A program made the translations under genes and the position numbers. The notes beneath the pieces were generated by a model that saw only the letters and a program-made list of their open reading frames with translations, searched no databases and was not told where the DNA came from. Below, in pieces: positions 58,840 through 64,000 of a DNA stretch of 64,000 nucleotides (positions are counted from its first letter, which is position 1; every line of letters begins with the position of its first letter). The stretch is from a virus (Duplodnaviria; Caudoviricetes), in the IMG/VR virus record IMGVR_UViG_3300028549_001457, positions 214,786-278,785 of that record, one strand, 5' to 3'.

Positions 58840-59427
58840 ATGCGTATAAAGCATTCTACGCCCTCTATTGTGGCTCTCTATAATGAGAACCCCTCAATAG
58901 AGGGCGTTAAGCTTATCTCAAAGAACCTAGGTATCTCTGTTCGAGCTATCATGGCTAGACTTTATAGAGCACGAGTTATTCAAACCCCTAGAGTAGCTAT
59001 GTATGTTTCGGACGCAGATATTCAGAAGTCTTTCTCGAAATTAAATTCGAGGTTGGCGGTATCCGAAACCTTGGGGGTGAGTTTCTATACAGTTACTGCC
59101 GCCTTGGATAGATTGGGCATACCTTATAAAACTAGATCTAATACCGTCAAGCAGGACCCAACGATCAAGACATATTATTTTTGGCCTTGCCGATATCGAG
59201 AAGATGTTCTTAAAGATATCCAGTATATCGTGGGCGGGAGACCCAATGATTGCTATATGGGAACTATCCGAGCTAGAAATATGTCTGAAGCCCTTCAAGG
59301 TGCCCCTGGACGTTCCATAAGTAAAAAGCAACTAGATACATACAATAAAACTAGAACTCCAGCTCTCATGGAAAAACTTCTACATGAAATCGAACCTATG
59401 GTATCTCTACCTCCTGTTGTGCGGTGA
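58840..59427 (+). CDS. Hypothetical HTH-like protein
   Basis: ISKNLGISVRAIMARL and VSETLGVSFYTVTAALDRLGI resemble HTH motifs. Confidence 0.5.
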   Translation: MRIKHSTPSIVALYNENPSIEGVKLISKNLGISVRAIMARLYRARVIQTPRVAMYVSDADIQKSFSKLNSRLAVSETLGVSFYTVTAALDRLGIPYKTRSNTVKQDPTIKTYYFWPCRYREDVLKDIQYIVGGRPNDCYMGTIRARNMSEALQGAPGRSISKKQLDTYNKTRTPALMEKLLHEIEPMVSLPPVVR

Positions 59428-59992
59428 CGGTTCAATTTATACAGGGATCTCCCCAGATCCATTTAAAAGACTACGGGCACATCAGGCGGGGAAGGGTGCT
59501 AAATATACCAGAGGGCGCGGTCCTATACAGTTAATCTTTTTAGTAAAGGCCGGAAATAAATCTGAAGCGCTTAAGCGAGAACTTCAGGTTAAGAAATTGA
59601 CCCACGGGGGTAAATTGGCCATGAGAAATGTAAAAGTGTTATTCATAGATGACAATGATTTATTGCTTGAAGCTGGTGTGAGTCTTTTAACTACTCTCGG
59701 GTATGAGGTAGCCACCGCACAAAGTGGGGAGGAAAGTCTCGCGCTTATTCAGGGGGGGCTCAAGCCAGATATTATTATCCTAGACATGCGGATGCCTGGG
59801 CTAGGTGGAGCGGGGACCCTCCCACGCCTACGTGATTTATTAGCAACTACACCCATAATTTTAGCCAGTGGAGTCATTGACGAGGTTGCACAACTCCTTG
59901 CGTCCACGTATGTTGGGGTAACTCTTCTAGCTAAACCATATGGAATACGTAGACTGGAAGAAATTCTGATGACAATTGCCCCAGAAATTTAA
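59384..59992 (+). CDS. GIY-YIG nuclease fused in frame to a response-regulator receiver domain
   Basis: WYLYLLLCGDGSIYTG...RL.AH..GKGAKYTRGR...ALKRE; REC: LFIDDND, ILDMRMPG, ILASG, LAKPY. Confidence 0.88.
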   Translation: MKSNLWYLYLLLCGDGSIYTGISPDPFKRLRAHQAGKGAKYTRGRGPIQLIFLVKAGNKSEALKRELQVKKLTHGGKLAMRNVKVLFIDDNDLLLEAGVSLLTTLGYEVATAQSGEESLALIQGGLKPDIIILDMRMPGLGGAGTLPRLRDLLATTPIILASGVIDEVAQLLASTYVGVTLLAKPYGIRRLEEILMTIAPEI

Positions 59993-60039
59993 GATGGATC
60001 TTTTGAGTAAAGCTCCCGTATTTATAGCGAGGAGATATT

Positions 60040-61164
60040 ATGCTCAAGGTTCAAGAATATCTGCGAGGCGGTAAGAGTCTTGAGGATCTCAAGGCCGAGT
60101 TTGGTATTGGGTTTCGAGTCAACTCGGACCTTAATGTGGTGTGCCTGAACTACTCTCAGTTTGAGTCCCCCATAAGCCACCCTCTAGTTCAGGAGTGCCG
60201 TTCTTTAACCCTAGAATTAGATAGCTGGGATATTAAGGCGTGGGCATTCCCCCGCTTCTTTAACTATGGGGAGGGGCATATCCCCGCAGATTTTGATTGG
60301 GAGAATTTTAAGACTACCGAAAAGCTTGATGGTTCTCTGATTACTCTCTGGCATCATAACACCGCTGGTTGGCAAGTTTCGACTCGTTCGGTTCCAGACG
60401 GTTCGACTCCTGTTGGGGATTTTGGTATGACTTTCTACCAACTTGTTCTTCAAGCATTGAGCGACATGGGGACCTCCTGGGAAGCTTTGCAGACCCACTT
60501 GGATCCTAATTATTGTTATGTATGTGAGTTGCTCTGCGAAGAAAATCAGGTTGTTGTCCGTCACAGTGGCCGCAATTTGGTTCTTCTGGCTATTCGAGAC
60601 CTGTGCTCTAACACGGAGTTAGATGTCCAGAGTTGGTCGTTGGAGCATCCCGAGTTTCCTCTTCCCATCGTTAAGCTCTATGAAAAGTTCTCTCAGGAGG
60701 CTATTCGAGAGTTTGTTCAGACTCGACACCCTCTTCAGTATGAAGGTTTTGTGTTGATGGACTCTAAGTTTAACCGTGTAAAGCTGAAGAGTGACGCATA
60801 CTGCCTCATTTCTCATCAGGTTGATGGTTTGGGGCGTAGCAACCGATCCCGTCTAGAACTTCTCCTTAGCGGTAAGACTGATGATGTCCTGTCGGTTCTC
60901 CCTAAGATTCTACAGTCTCGTATTGTAGACCTCCAAGGTAAATTGCTTGAATTGGTCTCTGAAATTAACCTTGTATATAGTAAGCTTAAGGATATAGAAC
61001 TCCAGAAGGATTTTGCGGGTGTGGCGCTTACGTATAAATACTCTGCAGTTCTTTTTGCTCTTCGTGGGGGACGAATAGATTCGGCAATGGATTGGTTTAA
61101 GACTGCTAGCCCTAAATCTACCCTAGACTGGATGAAAGTTCCACTTGAGGATGTTGAGAACTAA
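60040..61164 (+). CDS. T4 Rnl1/RnlA-like RNA ligase
   Basis: LNYSQ..S....LVQECRSL.L....FPRFFNYGE, EKLDGSLI, STRS, ELLC.EN, EGFVL, VKLKS..Y. Confidence 0.88.
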   Translation: MLKVQEYLRGGKSLEDLKAEFGIGFRVNSDLNVVCLNYSQFESPISHPLVQECRSLTLELDSWDIKAWAFPRFFNYGEGHIPADFDWENFKTTEKLDGSLITLWHHNTAGWQVSTRSVPDGSTPVGDFGMTFYQLVLQALSDMGTSWEALQTHLDPNYCYVCELLCEENQVVVRHSGRNLVLLAIRDLCSNTELDVQSWSLEHPEFPLPIVKLYEKFSQEAIREFVQTRHPLQYEGFVLMDSKFNRVKLKSDAYCLISHQVDGLGRSNRSRLELLLSGKTDDVLSVLPKILQSRIVDLQGKLLELVSEINLVYSKLKDIELQKDFAGVALTYKYSAVLFALRGGRIDSAMDWFKTASPKSTLDWMKVPLEDVEN

Positions 61165-63693
61165 ATGTTTACGTGTGCTAGTTGTGGGCACGAAATGACA
61201 CCACGGGAACTGTTACCCGTTTACCACACATATCGAGATGGTATTGTCCGTGTGTCGGTTTATAGATGCTGCAAGTGCAGGGGGGACATCTCCCCTGCAC
61301 TCTCGGTTGAACTTATATCTAAATTAAGACAACCCTCTAATTAAGTCTTATATTGGAGGGTTATTTTCATGAGTCCCGCAGAATCCCAAGGTATCGCCCT
61401 AGATGCCCATAATTTAACCTGGAAGCCCATAAATACCCCTTTGGATAATTTACACCCCCATGAGATATCTATTCTGGAGGATGCAGATCATTCCGAAGGG
61501 GTTTGGGTTGTATATCGAGAAGATAATGGAACGCCCCATGGACCCAACCAAGTTTCCATAGACTTATTCTAAAAATACTGGTTTTTCAAATAGTTTATCG
61601 CGTATCTATACGCATGGAGAATATAATGCCAACTACCTGGGGGTATGACCCCACGGCTCCTCTATGGCCGTGGGTCGAGCAATTTTTTACTCTTGACCTA
61701 CTCTATGAATATGAAGGCCTCTTCCCAGACGCAACGCCCCGCCTATGTAGTATGGTGGGTAAGCAACTGCTGCATGAACTTAAAATGAATAGGATAGGAG
61801 TTCCTAGCGGTGTTTAGTCCAAAGAAATACTACGCTTTTAACTTTTGGTATCCCATTTTCCCCTGTGGCTATCGCAGGTTCTGTAGTAGCTGGTGGGCAC
61901 ATTGGTTCACGCCATGGATTTATAAGCAGTTTTTTAAAACTAAGTGGCAGAGAATGGCGCGGGGATATGCCGACTCAGATACTTGGAACTTGAATGATTA
62001 CGCGGCGGATGTGATCTACCACGCCCTTCTTCACTTCAAGAAGTCTACTCATGGGCATCCCTGTGACCTTACAGAGGAATCCTGGAATGACATCCTGGAT
62101 AAAATGATTAATGGCTTTGCCGCTAAGTTGCAACTTCTAGATGATTTGACCTATGGGGAGCATTGCTGGGTCAAGCAGAGTGATAGGGATCTTGTGGGGG
62201 AGTTTGACCCCGAATTGTATGAAGCCTGGAGATCTCCTCTTGAGGCTCAGTGGGCAGAGGGGTCAGCCCTTTTCGTAAAACATTTCGACTCGCTTTGGGA
62301 TTAATTTGAATCTTTCTTGAAAAGGTCCCGTATTTATAGAACGGGAGTCCATATGATCTGCAAGTTTTGCCAGTCAACTAAGATGGTTGCAATTCAGGCA
62401 AAGTGTGAAGATACATTTACAATACAGGACCTCTCATCTGGCAAGACCTTTAGTGGGTATGTCCCCAAAGATCTGGGAATGGGGGGTGGGGATTATATTC
62501 GTTTTAAACTGTGCCTTGCCTGTAAGCGCATACAGTCTCCCATGTTAACTCCCCAAGAAATTGATATTTTGCTGGACAATCTATTTATACGGAGAACTAA
62601 TGGCTAAGATCCTACCCCTGAATGGTAAGTATTATGGCACCAAAGTTGAATTTACAGATGCCCAAGATATGGAGCATGAGATTACTATCTGGACTCCAGA
62701 CCATTATGCGGGTATTTTTGCGTCTGAGCGTGAGATTGCTGGGGGCTGGGAACCCGGTGATGGGCACGACCACGTTGAGGATGTTCAATCATACACAATC
62801 GCCAAACTCATATGTAAAACGCTCACGGAAGCCGGGTATTAAGGAGGACCCCAATGTCCAAGTATGAGAAAGACCTGGGGATTCTTAAGCCCTCTGAGGC
62901 CAAGAGGATCGATCCCAAACCTACTACGGGGCACAAACACCGTAAAAAGGTATATCCCCCTCATTGGCAGATCCGTCCCATGGCTTTTATATGGCCTTCC
63001 AAGAATCTCTCCGAATCCACAGACTGGCACCACGAGCCCATCCTTTATGGAAAGCTTACGTGCTATCAACAGTCACAGGAGTTTAAATATATTAAAGAAC
63101 TTTTCATGGCGGGTAAACTTGATGACGCCCTTGCAATTTATGCGAAGTATCATCCAGAGACTGCTAACTGGCCGGTTAGATTCATAGGGATTCAACCAAT
63201 AGAAACGCTTCGTGAGGTTCTATCTTAGGGGCATTAAAATGTATTTTGAGAAAAGATCTAAAAAGTCTTTTTTGGAACTGTCTATATGGTCCTCCTGGCC
63301 TGATATGCTAGTTGGGCTAGAGTTTAGGCCCAGAGTATCCCCTAACTACTCAATTACCTTTGGGGTTACAGTTTTTTACCGAGTATTATTCTTCATTGAA
63401 TATACTCGATTTAGAAAAAATGTATGATCCCCTGCCCACGCTGCTCTTTCGAGTTAAGTTTTTACCAACAAGAGTGCCCCAGATGTTTGGCGCAAGATAT
63501 CAATATGGCTTCAGATATTATTGACGAGATGTTTCTGGAACTCCCATATGATGATATTAACGACAAACCCACCTGCACACTTTGTGGGTTTATTGCCACT
63601 AGTGGGACACTTCATACCGAGTCATGTCCAATAGCCCCCCTGGAGAATCTTCTTCGTAAACTGCGTCAAACCATAACATATAGGAGCATCTAG
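61165..63693 (+). CDS. Cluster of small hypothetical proteins (61165-61344, 61369-61572, 61614-61817, 61810-62304, 62353-62607, 62600-62842, 62854-63228, 63239-63427, 63424-63693)
   Basis: Consecutive + strand ORFs, most with GGAG-type RBS. Confidence 0.55.
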
Positions 63694-64000
63694 TGTTTTC
63701 AACCACATACATTACTGAGTATCTCTCAAAAAAGAAGGGCTCCCCCGTAACAGTATCTCTTCAAGGGACTAAATTCGTGTCGAACTGCCCGAATCCATCC
63801 CATGAGGATAAACATCCCAGTTGTGTTGGGGACATGGGTACCGGGGCTTATCGGTGTCTTGGGTGTGGCTGTTCTGGGACTATTGATGAGTCTGAACTTA
63901 AGAATGAACCCTGCTGTTCTGATTGTTCTGATTGTTCTGATTGTTCTGATTGTTCTGATTGTTCTGATTGTTCTGATTGTTCTGATTGTTCTGATTGTTC
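63693..64000 (+). CDS. Partial ORF: CHC2-type Zn finger followed by (Cys-Ser-Asp)n
   Basis: GTG 63693 with RBS AGGAG; MFSTTYITEYL...CPNPSHEDKHPSC..GAYRCLGCG...CC(SDC)n. Runs off the window, so it is absent from the ORF track. Confidence 0.7.
   Translation, partial: MFSTTYITEYLSKKKGSPVTVSLQGTKFVSNCPNPSHEDKHPSCVGDMGTGAYRCLGCGCSGTIDESELKNEPCCSDCSDCSDCSDCSDCSDCSDCSDCSDC
63915..64000 (+). repeat. Perfect 9-bp tandem repeat (TGTTCTGAT) x9.5, continuing to the window end
   Basis: Read directly from the sequence. Confidence 0.97.

Noticed and set aside
1-64000. Stop-codon reassignment (alternative genetic code)
   Set aside because: Long recognisable genes are intact in code 11 and end in TAA, TAG and TGA with tight coupling; the in-frame TAA at 18778 is an isolated case.
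63802-64000. Hydrophobic (Val-Leu-Ile)n membrane ORF in the alternative frame
   Set aside because: The overlapping frame has an RBS-supported start and a recognisable CHC2 zinc finger, so the VLI frame is probably a shadow.

Overview
This window looks like 64 kb of a large lytic dsDNA tailed phage (Caudoviricetes, probably jumbo-sized). It is gene-dense, almost entirely on the + strand, and uses the standard genetic code. Positions 1-31.3 kb are a late/virion region: a 1309-aa multidomain protein with an InPase-like domain, an RNA ligase, a terminase large subunit with a LAGLIDADG intein, a free-standing mini-intein gene, a portal, a PAS-PAS-GGDEF diguanylate cyclase, DUF2793-type fibre proteins, a radical SAM/SPASM enzyme, Ig-like repeat proteins, a GNAT-HD-ART-Zn/HTH polyprotein and a Nudix hydrolase. 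Positions 31.4-64 kb are an early/middle region of many small ORFs plus an SNF2 helicase, HNH endonuclease, rIIA-like protein, three more ligases (one intein-split), a phosphatase, an M15 endolysin, a DEDDh exonuclease, ThyX, a second frameshifted fibre module and a GIY-YIG-receiver fusion. Best candidate for an undescribed system: a SPASM-type radical SAM gene overlapping the gene for a virion-type protein whose only three cysteines form three consecutive C-x3-D motifs, the substrate motif of the ranthipeptide maturase PapB, suggesting thioether stapling of a phage structural protein. Other strong leads are the stand-alone MAN|intein|S gene, a K-x-A-linked effector polyprotein with a shared M-x-[KR]-V-S-R leader and putative late promoter (possible capsid-targeting and cleavage system), and a phage diguanylate cyclase. 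All family assignments come from motif recognition by eye; no database searches were run.
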